Part shown: one piece after another, positions 13,424 through 27,500 of the stretch
How positions within the stretch are numbered: the first letter of the stretch is position 1
How the letters are laid out: each line of letters begins with the position of its first letter
Assembly (NCBI GenBank): GCA_052327205.1
Contig: CM126228.1
Span: 31,248,001-31,312,000 of the forward strand
Length of the DNA: 64,000 nucleotides
Source: Somniosus microcephalus
Lineage: Eukaryota
Direction of reading: 5' to 3'
The notes under the pieces: model-generated
Told to the model about the DNA's origin: nothing
Databases searched by the model: none
Seen by the model: the letters and a program-made list of their open reading frames with translations, nothing else
Made by a program: the position numbers and the translations under genes

Positions 13424-15144
13424 TTGTGTTTGTGTTGTAGAAAAATGTTCTTAATGCTTTGCCATGAAGTGTTAAACTTTTGCCAGTTTTTCTTTCTCAA
13501 CTTGCAATCCTTTTATTTCCCTTTTTTTTGCTTTTGTTCTTAAAGTGTTTGGAAGAAAAGAAAAACATCTTCCACACTGGAGATAGAAATTCCATTGAGG
13601 ACAAATGGACCAGGTTTTAAAACTAGCTTTACACTAGATTGGAGTTATACTACATCCTGTGTGAACTCCAAAGAGTGTGAGACTACCCACTAGAAGTGGG
13701 TACATATATCTCACTTTACTGCACTTGAGTCAGATCAATGCTTAATCCCAAGTTATAACGCTGATTTCATATCAATGCACGCCCAAAAGAGCTTCGCATT
13801 GATCGGAAAGTGGTTGTATGATGGTAATTAAGATTTAATTTCGTGCGCTTTCCATCTTTTTTTGTCAATTTTTATTAAAAGGCACATTGCTTATGAGATT
13901 TGGCGGGCGAGTTACTGAGCCCCACAGTAGCACGGATCACAAGGAGTGTAAGGGTACATTCACATACCAGCTGTAGTGTTGCTGCAAGGCGGTTCTCGCT
14001 TCACATACTGCTAAAGTCAGTGCGTAAAATAGGCTAAGTAGCAGATTGAATCAATCTCCAAACTCAATTATAGAACCCCAGCATCTCATAGTTTCAGACC
14101 TCAACTGCAGATCCCAGATTGCATTGTAAAAGCCGCTTTCTGCACTTTGCCCCCAAAGGGTGGTGGAGGAAAATAACGTGCAAGATCGTTCCTTAACTGT
14201 TTGCCCAATTATGGGGTAATATTAGAAATATATGGTTACAAAATTAGCCAAACTATTTTGTGTGTATGCATCGAGACCTCTTGGCATCACCGCACAAACA
14301 TTATGATGTCATAACGGTAATGAATCACTATCTGGGTTTTGGAGGTGCCGGTAAAAGTGGTCCACCAAACCGGCAGAGAATTGAGAAGCCATTCGCTCCG
14401 TGTTCAATGAGCGGAACGTGAATGTGTCAAAACTTTCATAGCCCAGGGTTGCTTCTGGAAATTAGAAACGTGAAGTCTTTGGGGTGTATTTTCTAATGTT
14501 AAAGTCAGTATTAAGCACTCCACACTTGTTGACTTTTCTCTACCATGATCGAATGAAGGAAGATATATATCCTTTCACGTTGATTAACTCTGAAAGTTCA
14601 GTATCTCCTCCAAGACTGTTGTTCCAGTGATGTCGACAGCAAGGTGCAACAGAAAAGAACAGAAACAAAGCTCATCAAAAACCAGGCTAATTTAATTGTT
14701 AAAGAGATTTGAATCACAAAAGCCAGCGTTGCATAATTTATAAATATGCATCTCTACTTTTATGGCTGTTATAAAAAGAATTCTCCAGATGATAGGGAGA
14801 CTGTATGAGTTAAGGTCACTGGAGACTGGAAAAATGCAGAGAATCGTGGAATGAGATTTCCCCAAAACGTGGGAATAAATACAGGAATCCCATATTATAA
14901 AAGTGCAATTTGATTTATTGAGTCATAGTAAATCACGGCCCCCAATTACAAATGATAGCATTGCGTAACGCAATCCCTAAGTCACTGATAAAAAATCTTG
15001 AAGTCCCATGTATTAAAAGCAGAATTTGGTTTATTCAGTCGTTGTAAACTAGTAGCCTTGAAAATAACTCGTGCTCTTTTAAGCTTGTATATCATTATTT
15101 CTGAGGTTACTAAATGTATTGACCTAACCATTTATCCATCCACC

Positions 15145-15535
15145 ACAGTCCTCGTGGTGTAAATGGCATACTCAGGAGAAAGGTATACCTGATACATACG
15201 GACCAGGAAGGTGCACTGCATTAGCTGGTTCTCCGCTATGGTAGTGACGAGGGTGCTACAGTTGGTCTAAGTGCGCCTGGATAAAGCAGGGGGGAATTGG
15301 CCAGGGTTCCCATTACTGATCGCAATCCAGTTCCCTGCACGATGTGCGCATGTTTGGACGCCGGGTGAGGGTTTGGTGACCTGGTGCGGTAGCCCCTGAG
15401 GTTGTCTAGCATGCCAACAATCACCTTTAAGGCTCACATTTGAATAGCGGCCACTTGGGTGAGGTAACGAGGGCAACGTGATGCTCATGGAACCACATCC
15501 CCAAAAAGAAGCCAATGCCTTCATGAATGGAGACA
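15145..15535 (+). mobile_element. Ancient SINE-like repeat, family not assigned
   Basis: Words such as gaccaggaagg, gccagggttcc, ctgatcgcaatccag, aggctcaca and ggccacttgggtgaggta resemble a shark interspersed repeat recalled from memory; no second copy here. Confidence 0.45.
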
Positions 15536-18500
15536 ATTAGCGAGAAAGGGAAAAACAAAATATATATATCACTGTTTTTCGTCCGAAAACAATTAATGGT
15601 CGCACTGCAACACACTTCATATATGCGCCTCTTAAGCCTCTTAAGCACAGTCCTCTGAAAAGTGTAGAACATCACTTATAGGGTTAGTAGGTCCGAACAG
15701 ATAACTGAAGCTGCAAGATAATTTATGCAAAAAATGGCAAGAGGATGATTGACAGTTTAGGGGTAATCACCTCTCATTCAATTAAAATATGTACATTTTT
15801 CACATGATTTATTTAGCAGTAACTACCTCTTGTACAAACTTGTCAGATTAAAAAACAGTGACAGTATTATGCAACAGCTTACTGTTACATTGTGATAGCC
15901 TTTTCCACAAGCACATTTCATCGATTAATTTTCTTTGGGTACATTTACAAACTGACTGCTAGAGATTGTAATTCTGCAACCAAAAAATAACGTTGAAAAT
16001 TGAAATAAACGCTTCAATATTTTGGGGAATATTTGTGAATAAGTTTTAAGGTTATTTTTTATAGAAACTGGATCGCTAAAGAATGCAATGAAAGTTGTGC
16101 TAGAGTTTTAAGAGCACAAATCCCTCAATAAAACAGAAAGTCGGTATTAATTTATTATAGAAATGTCACCGACACGTCCATTTCAGGTAACTCTCGATGA
16201 TAAACTTTTTCCCCTGCTGTTTGTTGAATCAGACCTTGAGGTTATGGAGAGGGTAGCCCACAACTCGTGTTGCCACACTCTTCCAGTTTTTCTTTTCTTT
16301 TGGCAAAACAACACGTCTGGAGTGAAAGGAAATCTGTCCATCAATGGATGTCCTGGGATGTCTCTCTACAGTCGTTCAAAGCGTGCGGCGACAAAATTGA
16401 CGGCGTGAACGGATCCAGTAAGTTAAGGAGACTGGCAAAGTAGAACCCATATATAAATAAATACTATGCAATGGCGGAGCGCATTTTCTCGTTTTAATAA
16501 GCAACTGTTCATCTGTGAGCAAACAAACTGAAATAAAACAATTCGACGAAAATATGAGAGATTTAAAAAATGCAGAATTCGCTGCAATACAATTTGATTT
16601 TTATATCATGCATAAGGTCCTTTCAAAGGTCAATAAAATTGATCAACTTGTAAATGAAAATATTTGCCATCCATTTCATCTTTCCAGTCAAAATGTTGAA
16701 AGTTCACTTTGAAGAAACAGCATCCAGTTGTGACAGGGTGGACAATACTGTGGGGCATATGAGTGTGGGGCAGTTGAGAAATGCAGGGCAACAAATGAGA
16801 TCCATTTAATTTGTCAACAAACGTCTCCCCCTCCACGTCACCATTAATGGTCACATGTTCAAGCACGTTTTGAGTTTCTTTTCTTCAGCGCTGCCTTAAG
16901 GCTGGCAGTATCTCCAGCAGGCACCGGGGACATGGAGACAGGCTAAGGCTGTGATCTGAGATCTGTGCCACGACAGAAAGCTATAACAATATAAATCTGT
17001 TGGACATGCCGGCTGGGCTGTCACTTTTAATTTGTGCATGACCCGCTGGCCGAAAAATGGGATAGAAGTGGCAGAAAGTGGGACTGAAAGCTAGTATTAT
17101 TGCTTTGACAGCTTCACTCATCTAGAAGTAATGCAAAATGCAATTTATATTTATACTCCCTGACCTCCTGCTCCAAGAGGAAAGTATCTAATGAAGGGCC
17201 ACGAAGGCAGGGGAGAAGCAGACTTAAGTTCAGCTGGAATTTGTCTACATTGTTGTTCTTCAACTGTTTAATTACAGTCGAAATGTAAATCAAACACCGA
17301 GGAGGGCAATGGAGCCTGAAGTCTTGCCATTGTCTTTTGGGGGGTTTGGGCAGGGCAGGAAGGAATAGGGAGTCCCAGGGATGTTCTGCAGGATGTCTGC
17401 TGCAACTCTATTAGATAAATGTTCAAGCAACACTCCCGGTGTTTGTTTTTTCCCTCGAGACCCAGTCACTGAACTGTGTTGACTTTTCACCATGGCACCA
17501 ATGGCCAAACGTTAGATATTCTGGAGCAGCGCCAAGGAAAGGTTTGGGCTCACACCAAAGTAAACACCATCGTGTCTTCTAGCTTTGTACACACTGAATA
17601 TGATCTGCAAGATATGCGTTTGCTGCCATCCTATGTCTCTTCTTTTTATTCTTTCTCCCTTTTAATCCACAGACCCGTGCTCCTGCTTGGCCTATAGTCC
17701 TGTGGCATGTGCTGATGACATCACATGATGTCCATTGCCGGCACCATCCAGTTCCCTGTTAATGCTGCCAGCAAATGAAAAATGACTGTGAGACTCACTG
17801 GCTCCCAGAAGTGACCTTGGGTATTATTAGAATGACCTCCCATCGGCTTGACCAGAAGACCTTTGATATCTGCATGAAGAAAATATACGAGTGAGAAGCC
17901 TCGTCTACCAATAGAAAGGACAATAGTCAGCGAGAATGGCACAAATCTAACGCTAAGTTGCAGCTTAACATTAAAAAGTGATCACTACACATAACTTGAA
18001 TCTCTGTTGCCATTGCTCTGAGAAAGCTGCTTTTTATGTATGTTATTAGTTTATTACATTCATTTAAAAAGCCTCAGGCATGTAAAATATAATATATTAT
18101 CTCTCGTCTCTCAGTTGGAAATGAATCTGATGGTCGATAGAGTTTAACTCCTGTCAAGGAGCATTCTATTACAGGTTACGACAGGCTATAGAGAGTCAGG
18201 AAGAACTCAAAGAAAGCAGCAAGTGGAATCACATGCTTTGTACGGTCAGTTCAGCGAGTAGACCAAAGCTTTCCCGATGATCTAAAATTATAGGTAAATA
18301 GAATTCCTTGATGTAATCAGCTTTTCTCCACTCAATCACGCAGTCTCTCCCATCCCTAAACAAACTCTAAATGCTACCCTGCTCTAATCAGCTCACACAC
18401 TCTAAGCACGCTCCATGACTAATACGATATCCTCAAAACAAATTAATGAGGACTGATTACGGGAGAGAAGGTTAGTTCTCCTGATCTACTCTCACCCCCT

Positions 18501-21500
18501 ACGTCGTTCATCTTTCCCTGTCAGTCTCTTCCTCCCTTCTCTTCACATTTCATTTATTTCCTTTATCTTTTTTCCCCTTCACCAGATTCCACTGCTCTTT
18601 CTTCCTCTTCAATCCTCTTTTCCTCCTTGTCTCTATTTTTTCCCGGATCAGCTGGTCGCTTTCCACCCCATCCCACCTTTCTCTTCCCCTTATCCACCAT
18701 TACTCCGACTTAAAGCATACCGTACTTTATTATGCTGTTTTAAGGGGAATGATAGACTCTCGCCTCTTTCTGCCTCTCTCAACTGTATATCTCCACGGCA
18801 GCTGATAAAAAAAATATAAATTTGATGTGGACTTGCACGTTGCTGAGGCTTGAACCCAAAGGTAGGGCTTCCTGTCACTCAGTGTACCTGTCCGGTATAT
18901 TTCGTATTAGCAAACTTCACAAGTGAATCCTGCAGCTATTCAGATAAATCACTCCATCCGATGGAACAGTCCAGGGGATAAGGGAATCAGAGCACCCTCC
19001 TTGTCAGTAAAGCACAGTTTCATTGTGTCCACCCCTAGTTAAAACGAACTAGATGAAGGTGAGTATCACATATAAATAATTGTGGCGGTGAAGGGACATA
19101 CAATGCTTTAGTCCCGTCCCCCCATCCCCCACCCCCCAATTCCCTCTCCCAATATTAGACAAGCTGTTCACTTCCAATCAATCCTGAAATTAATACGGAT
19201 ATTACCATGTGCAGTTTATGACCGTGGGATACTTGAGTTGGCCTAATGCCTTTTTCCTCCTATACACATTCGTCAAAATGATAAAATGCTTCCTTTCCAA
19301 ATGGAATACTGGCACAATGAGATTGTAATGTGCTGCATTATAGGTGTTACTAAGATGGAGAGACAGCCACTTCAAAGGCTACACATTCAATGTAATCAAA
19401 TAACTTTATTTATGTCGACCGGTGCGATCCTCCAACAGTCTTTCTGTGGCAACATTGATACCTAAATAAAAGAAATATGCTTTTGTAGTGCAACATCATG
19501 CCTTGCCTATTATTTAATATTACAGTTGCAAAGTTTATTCAGAGCATGTAGAATGAGTTATATAGGATGTTTAAATGCACACTCCTAAATATTTCAGAAA
19601 GAAACGGTTGACTGCGGACTGGCTTCTGTCATTTCTGTAAATTGTATTAATCAAAAATTGCTAAGGGTGTTTAAAGGTGTAATCCCATGGCCGTGCTGTA
19701 GAAAAAGAGAAGTAATTGCAAATGATTCACAATCATCGGGATTAAAGCAATACTGCTCTCTTGCAGATGTTAAAAACAACTTTACAACAAAGGAGAATTT
19801 CTGAGGCGTGTTAAGTACAACACCTTGAGATTTATATTATCTCTTTTCCTTGAACTGCCACCAAATCAGTAGAACGGAATCCACAGAAAGTGGCCCATGG
19901 GCTTTAAAAATATTTCTGCTGTCTGAGCGATGATTCATCACAAGCAATATAAAAAAAAATAGAAATGAATTAGTGCCTCACATTTAACGGGCAATGAAAT
20001 GGGTAGACTGGGCATTGCTGTTAGGTAACCCCTCCATAATATACAGTTACAATAACTTTCTTGCTTTATTCTTATGAATATTCCCTGCGGGGAATAAAAG
20101 AGCAGCCGCGGAGACACACACGCAACTAAAATCTGCTTGACTGAAGGGTGGACAACGCAGGAATGGTTGGCTAAACACACTGACCCTTTCCTGCATTCTA
20201 ATGTACGATCTGCGAGACCGACCACTCTCTATGCCTGTGCCTTGAATCGAGCAAAAGTAAAGGGGTTTTGCTCAGTCAACACGAAGGTGACAAACCCCTT
20301 GGGCAACACAAAGTTTGGTCCTTTCCCTTTCCAGTAGACTTTGAGCTCTTTGGGTCAGAGGTACTGTAGATGCTCCTGCTAAGCGATTAAAACAAGTTGC
20401 AATAATAAAAATATGAGTGAAATCTAAAGTTCAATTCAGCTGCAGCCTTGTGTTTAAACTACAATAGGACAACTTAGCTCTGGAGGTACACAAGGTGCGT
20501 CTATCTAATGAAGCACTTTATGTGAATTCCTCGTTCAATGATCCAGGGCAGTTATTTTTCTTTCTCCAGAAAACTTTGTTTCTCTCCAGGTTTGCTTCCT
20601 TTCCCCAATAAAGTACAACCTGTTTTCAGTAACTAACTCGGGTCAGTTGTTGCCCGTGTTGAACGTTTCTCGCCAGGTGCTGAGAAAAGGCGGAACTTTT
20701 TAGTACTTTCTATTAATTACTCACACAGCATTCCCAAACATTGTTAATTGTTATCTGTTAGACTATTACACGAATCACAGCTTTAGAAATTATATTAATT
20801 TATATTTATTTAGATCTGATGGCAATAAAAATTTCACATAAGTGTACAAGAAATGGTTTGAACTGGTGGCTGCTTTTTGCACCGCTCTCCTTTACTTGCA
20901 GAGAAGACTGGTTTCAATGCTTGTTATTTAATTTTAATCCCATTCGCTTGTGTTCAATTGAACATTCAATGATAGTGTAAAATATAACATAAACCAGTAG
21001 ATTGTAGAAGGTTTTTGTGTAATAAAGAAATGCCGCGCCTTCTACATTACCTGTGCGGGAATGCAGTCAAGCATGAAAAACAAATGACTGTATTTTTCCG
21101 AATAAGTGGATCTGTGATAACTTTCAGGTTAGAATTGCTTTATTTTGGTTACCTTCTGGGAGACGATAACCTTCGTCTTTTAAAGTGCGAGAGAGATGAA
21201 TATTAAACCCCTTTCCAATGGTCTAACGCTAAAGTATATACTACAGATTACACTCTCACCGTCTCTCACACTGGACTGCACGTTTTCAGTGCATATTTTT
21301 GTATTCTAACAATTTCAAACATTTCCCTTGATTTTTAAGGTTTATCAGACATGGTTTATTACAGAATCGAAGGATAATTTGTTGTCTAATTCACGGTTTA
21401 GCAGACAACCCTTTCTCGTACCAATCGAAGTAGTTCAAGGTGATTGATGACGTTTATTCTGGTCGAGATTTATTACGGCGACTTGTTAGCATGGAGGCGA

Positions 21501-23113
21501 AAGGTAACGTTCAGTACGAAGCCTCAGAGGAAGTTCTGGAGGACAAAAGTTGAATTATAGATCCGAGCCTTCTACCCAAATCTACGCAGAGTCTAGTCAT
21601 TTTCACACCATTTGAAGGTCATTTCGAAATATACTCTAATGCAGTACTGAGAAATTGAGCTCACGCCGATTATTGTAATGACCAATCATGAAAGTCGCAT
21701 GTAATATATGGATGTTTCCGACACAAATCCAGAGGGATAATGAGAGCATTTGCAGCCTGAAATCTATTGTTATCCATGTTCTACACTCACTAAGTTATTA
21801 AAGTCAGAAAGAAGACTTTGCATCAGAAATTATATCTTAAAAAAACAATTACAAGAGGACACACAACACGCACTCTCTTCAAGTCTTTGGAAACATTTTA
21901 CACTGTTCTAAAGTACGAGTTATGGTTTCTATTTATCTTATGTGACAGTAATGAAAAATATATCCGGAAACATTAACAGCTTTGCTTATAGTTATATAAA
22001 TAGTCTTTGAATAGGAACTGCTAACGCAAATCTCAAATACCACAGCCCAGAGAATCAATCAGAATGTCCATCTTTCGGCCCTATACATAGATCAAAGAAA
22101 TATGAATTTATTTTAAATAGTACATTAGCCTGTTGTGTCTGTAAAATCCATTATGGAACCCAAACAGGGGTAAGGTGCTGAGCATCTGACCAACTTCACT
22201 GCATCGCCATCAAATCGTTTCATCTTCTTTAGCAAACTTGACAAAATAGAAGAAATATGACATGTGAATTATTAAACAGAGCCCATTTGACTTTTAACCC
22301 TACTGTTTTCAGGAAGCTAAATTTCCGGTATATTTATCTTGATACACATTACAAGGGCTGCGGGCTATTGAGTTGAAAAATTCAGAGGCAGAGCGAAGTG
22401 CCAGGGCTCGAACGAAGGTCTGCATGTGAAACGGGTCATTTGTCACAAAAAAAAGTCGATAAATTAGATAGAATGATAGATAAAAAGGCCGCAAATGGAT
22501 GCGAGGGACAGCAGACAGCGAGCGGGGTATGGCTGAATAAAACCGGCGCAACAGGCAACTAACGCTTTCAGTCCGGAATGGCCCTGTTAACTGTGCAAGA
22601 ACTGTGCAGGGGGCAGTTATACCGTCTAACAGGTGCTATGACATGTTATGTGGTTTCAATTCTGAGTATTACACAAAATAATTTAGGAACTTTCTTTACT
22701 AATGACATATAGTGATACTGATTTAAAAAAAAGATCTATTCTGTTTATAACGATATCATGTCTACTTATAATATATTTTAAATGATCAGTATTGTATACT
22801 TCGCGAATTGATGTTATCTAACCGCAACTAATGAATGTCTAGAGTAAGCATAAAATAAGTGGAACACATCATATTATCACCATCTAAAATAATAATCAAA
22901 ATTGCTTTAGTTCTTTATATCTGTCATCACAATGCGATTTTTTCCTTGGAATGAAAAAAGAATGTGTAAGTGCTAATTAAAATGTTAAAAAAATGAATTC
23001 CACCTCATTGGTTACAATTTGTATTACCAAAACATAGATAGGCAGAAGCTGCATAATTTAAAGATAAGTTTGCTCTATCATATAGATAAATACAATTTTA
23101 TTACTAAATATGC

Positions 23114-23358
23114 NNNNNNNNNNNNNNNNNNNNNNNNNNNNNNNNNNNNNNNNNNNNNNNNNNNNNNNNNNNNNNNNNNNNNNNNNNNNNNNNNNNNNNN
23201 NNNNNNNNNNNNNNNNNNNNNNNNNNNNNNNNNNNNNNNNNNNNNNNNNNNNNNNNNNNNNNNNNNNNNNNNNNNNNNNNNNNNNNNNNNNNNNNNNNNN
23301 NNNNNNNNNNNNNNNNNNNNNNNNNNNNNNNNNNNNNNNNNNNNNNNNNNNNNNNNNN
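23114..23358. other. Assembly gap (245 N)
   Basis: Run of N. Confidence 1.
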
Positions 23359-24486
23359 TACCTACACAGGTATATTCACAAAATAAGTTTCCCAAACTAT
23401 AGTCAACTATTATTTACGGGTATTGTAATATTTCTATTTAAATTCACTTCTAGGAATACTTGTTACCCAACAGTTTGATTTAAATACTGTTGTCTGTAAA
23501 AAAAAACATATCAGCTACTTGTTGGACAGGTGCATCAGTCATCAGGATCTCTGCATTCTGAAACTGCTTAACGTTATTCTTATTTATTCCGAATACGCGA
23601 GTGAGATAAATTCTTCCGTAATATTAATAACAATAAAAAAGCAGAGACAGTTTAACTGTGTTATTGATGCGAAAAGACAAAATTAGCGACTAGCCGTTCA
23701 ACAGAGGGGAAAATCCCGAGTAATTGAATAAACCAAAATCTGGGTGATAGAGCAGTCAACAGTGGCCGCGGTGACAGGGGAGCTATGAGGCAAGTGATGG
23801 ATACTATTGTCCTAATTTGACCCTCCATTAACACCAGTTCTCAGCAGCTGTATTATGTCAGAAATTCCCATCGACATACAGAGGTTGTCACTAATTTTCT
23901 CAGCACATTCAGTCCTCGGTGCAGCGCTCAATCCTATCTCAACTAAATGGGTGGAGAATATGACCCAAAACTGCTCTCCAATCTGAGCAGCCTATTACCG
24001 TCTCCAAAATGCATTGTTGTGCAGGTGCCGGTAATTTGGTCCTTATCTCTAAAATGTTTATGCAGCTCCGTCCATTAATACTGGAAATGTTATTAATATT
24101 AATTAACAAATAAAACGAACCATTTTGGGGCTCAGTGAATAGCTTCATCTTCTAATTGGACTTAAAGGAAGAAAAAAGTTGACCTACTAGTGACAGACAC
24201 AGGTTTGAGGGTGACATTTCATTGTGTAGCACCATGTGAAAGAAATAAAAAGGGACCCGTCAATTTAATGCAAGGACCAAAAGTGCATATTGTTGCTAAG
24301 AGACAGGGATGCCGCTGAACTTCCATCAGAAGCTTTGCTCCGACCTTATGCAAATAGAACTGCAAACTCATTGTGGATGGCAGCGAATTCCACCCACTAT
24401 GTCAGGAATACCTGGCAGAGGCTTTTATTCAAATGTTCAGTAAAAACACACAAGATGTGACAAAGCATGACACATTCAGCACTGAG

Positions 24487-24525
24487 GAGAGAGAGAGAGA
24501 GAGAGAGAGAGAAAGAAGAGAGAGA
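24487..24525. repeat. (GA)n microsatellite
   Basis: gagagagaga... run. Confidence 0.95.
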
Positions 24526-27500
24526 AAAAGCTCACCATCCGAAATGCCATCAATCCAACCTTCGGAGCTGTCATTTTTCCCCCTTCAGCCTCACAGAAGA
24601 TTGGTCCAAAATACTAAAGTGCTTCTCTTTACATCTCTAAAAGGACTATTAAGGCACATTAATGTAGCTAAGCAATCTACCAGCAATGCACACTAAGGCA
24701 AGGGGGAAGGAACCTGAGGATGGTTAGATCATATCACGCCAATGTGCTCCTGAAATTATCTAGACATAAAGAAAAAAAATCAAAGTAACCTCAGTAACAC
24801 AAATGAAGTAGAAATATACAATGTAAGGAGGCTATAAACCATTAAGAGATGGAGTATTGCTACATTTGAAATTGCAAGCAAATGGAGTTCAAAAATGTCA
24901 TCTATTTAAGGGTGTGCCGGGATTAAATAATAATAATAATAAATTAACGGATTTTGTTTGTCTATTCATTCATATAAATAACATGTATCATTGAGCATTT
25001 CATTCTCTCAAGAAACAATACAGTAACAACTGATTTCTTTTATAAAATCTGGCGGGTAGTGACTGCATACATAATTTTTTTGTTTATTATTTGTTTTTTA
25101 AAGAAAGAGGCTCTACATAGTTTAATACTGTGAAGAAAGCAACATCTAAATGTAATTGCAAATTATACACACAGGCCAAGATTTTTTTTAAATATATAGG
25201 CTAGAATATCAGAACAGCTCTGTACCCGTCAGATAATTTACCCAAATATTTTATTAAAATGTAATATGATTCCATAATGATGAAATATTGAAACTGATGT
25301 TTTGTATACATGTTAGAAGTAGCGGAAAGGCTCCCACACATACACAAAGAAATAGAAAAAATGAGTTTTCATTCTGTTTTAAAAGTTAAAAATTTCATTT
25401 TAAGTACACAAAAGAGATATGCAACCATGTATCTTGGAAGATATCTAATGAGTGGTCAGTGTGTTGCATTAGTATTTAGTTACATTTCCATGGTATCCAG
25501 ATAGTCAAAAGAAATAATGAAGTGAATGAAACTACTTGAAGATTTACTCAATGTCACGTCCAATAAATATGTTCGTTGAGAACATTTTATCAAGTTAATC
25601 AAATTAATATCCTTAAACCGCATTTTTCCAATTTAGCGCGCATTACCTTCTCCCAATAGACGCGCTTTCAAAGAAAATAAATGATTGTTTTTTCCCCCCC
25701 AAGAAATTTGTTTTCGCACAATGAACAAACTGTAAAAAAAATGAAACCGTTAAAGATTGCATCGCTGCAGGTCCTGTGGATTGAACCCGTTAAGAACTAA
25801 GTTGTTCAGTGCACTCAACTTCATTGGAGCAAAATAAGACATCACGGGAAAGTGCACGTGCATTAATAAATCGGAATAAATGTTCAAAGAATCCTATCTA
25901 ATTGTTTAAAAAATTGAAAACGTGAGTGTTCCTGCAGCTATCAGCGGCTGCGGTGCCGCTTCCTGCTCTGGTAATAATAACCATTATGACATATTTTTGA
26001 TTAAAGGGAATGCTATTGGTTTTAGAATTTGCAATGGGTGATTTTGTTTTTATTCTATTTTAGGTCAATCGACTTTAGAAGGGCCCACAAGTTTGTTTGT
26101 GCATGTTATTTTCGAACGATCGTATATTGAAACCTGCAAAGAAAACGACTTCAACATTTCCCGCACGTTTCCCTACATATAGATTTTAAACAAAAATGTT
26201 TGCATGGCTTTGTAAAAGATATTTGGGCTTCGGGTGCTTAGAGTTTGGGGGGGGGGGGGGGGGAAACGAAGTTATTTATCTCTGACCGCGTGAAACTCTC
26301 TAAATTCCGCAAGGAAACTAATCTGCTCCGCGGTGATTGTAAAAGTTAAATCAGGTACTAGATTCGGATAAATAGCAAGTGGAAATTGTACTGTAGAAGT
26401 TATCTAGGGGTAAAAGGGGAACCATTATATTTCCAATATTGCAAAATACGTGGAGAATAAAATAGGAATTGCCCCATTTTGTTTTACAATACTATCTGAG
26501 ACCAGCAGTTAAATTACTTTGAAATTGCAACTGAAATGGTGGCGAGATTTGCAAATAGCAACCAATTTTCATAACGTGTATAATAAGATGGATATTTAAG
26601 CAACCACTGCGTATGTTCAGTAAGGGTTTTAATGGGAAATTCAATAGATGCTGTAAATATTAATGGCATTTGAAATGACTCGGTTTCTGATAGTCGCGCA
26701 TGTAACAGCTGACAGTAATACATACTGAACATGTGGCGGCCCTGGGGCAGGATGGTCCGTGCTCTTGTCTTTCCCACTTCATTACATGATTCCAAGTACT
26801 TCAGTACAGTTTAGTTCAGGAAATAAAGTTCACGGGTCAGCCATGACAAATGTCCCCGTGTCTGGCCAAACAAGACCCACCCATGGTCCCGCCATTATAT
26901 ATGTTCAACGGGCCCCCCTCGAGAGTCCTTTAGGGTCTCGTTTACAGGGAGAGCTCATCGGAAGAGTCCCAAACACTAACCATGGAACCAAATATGTTTG
27001 CCTGTCCCCTCCACTGTCATATGTATTTAACCTGCTGGGTGACTGTGGTCAGGGGCAGTAACTACCGAAGTCAGACACATTACCGCCGAACCCAGGAATG
27101 CACATCCATTGATTCCACCATGAGAGTTTGCCCCATAATTTAACGCAGCAAGGGGTTTTGGAAGCTAATCCTAGGTCATAATAACCGGAGCTTCCTACGG
27201 TTAAAGTTGTTCCTAACAGCATGGAACCTAGCAATAACTTGAAAGCGAACAATCGGTAGGTACATTTTTCTTAACTAACTACCTGTCAATTTAAGGTCAA
27301 TGTTACCAATTCAAAATCAACCCAGCATTATTCGAGAATTTCGAACCCAAATACCAATATATGGAGCAGCGCAACAAAATGCATTGTTTTTACACACAAG
27401 AAAAATGCTTGCAAAAATGGTACAATCTGTTTAATTCAGAGCCAGATTCCATCTATTTTAGAATAGGGAAATATATTAATTTGTCGCCGTCAGCGCCCCT

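Noticed and set aside
23019-23478. ORFs spanning the N run
   Set aside because: Artefacts of the assembly gap.
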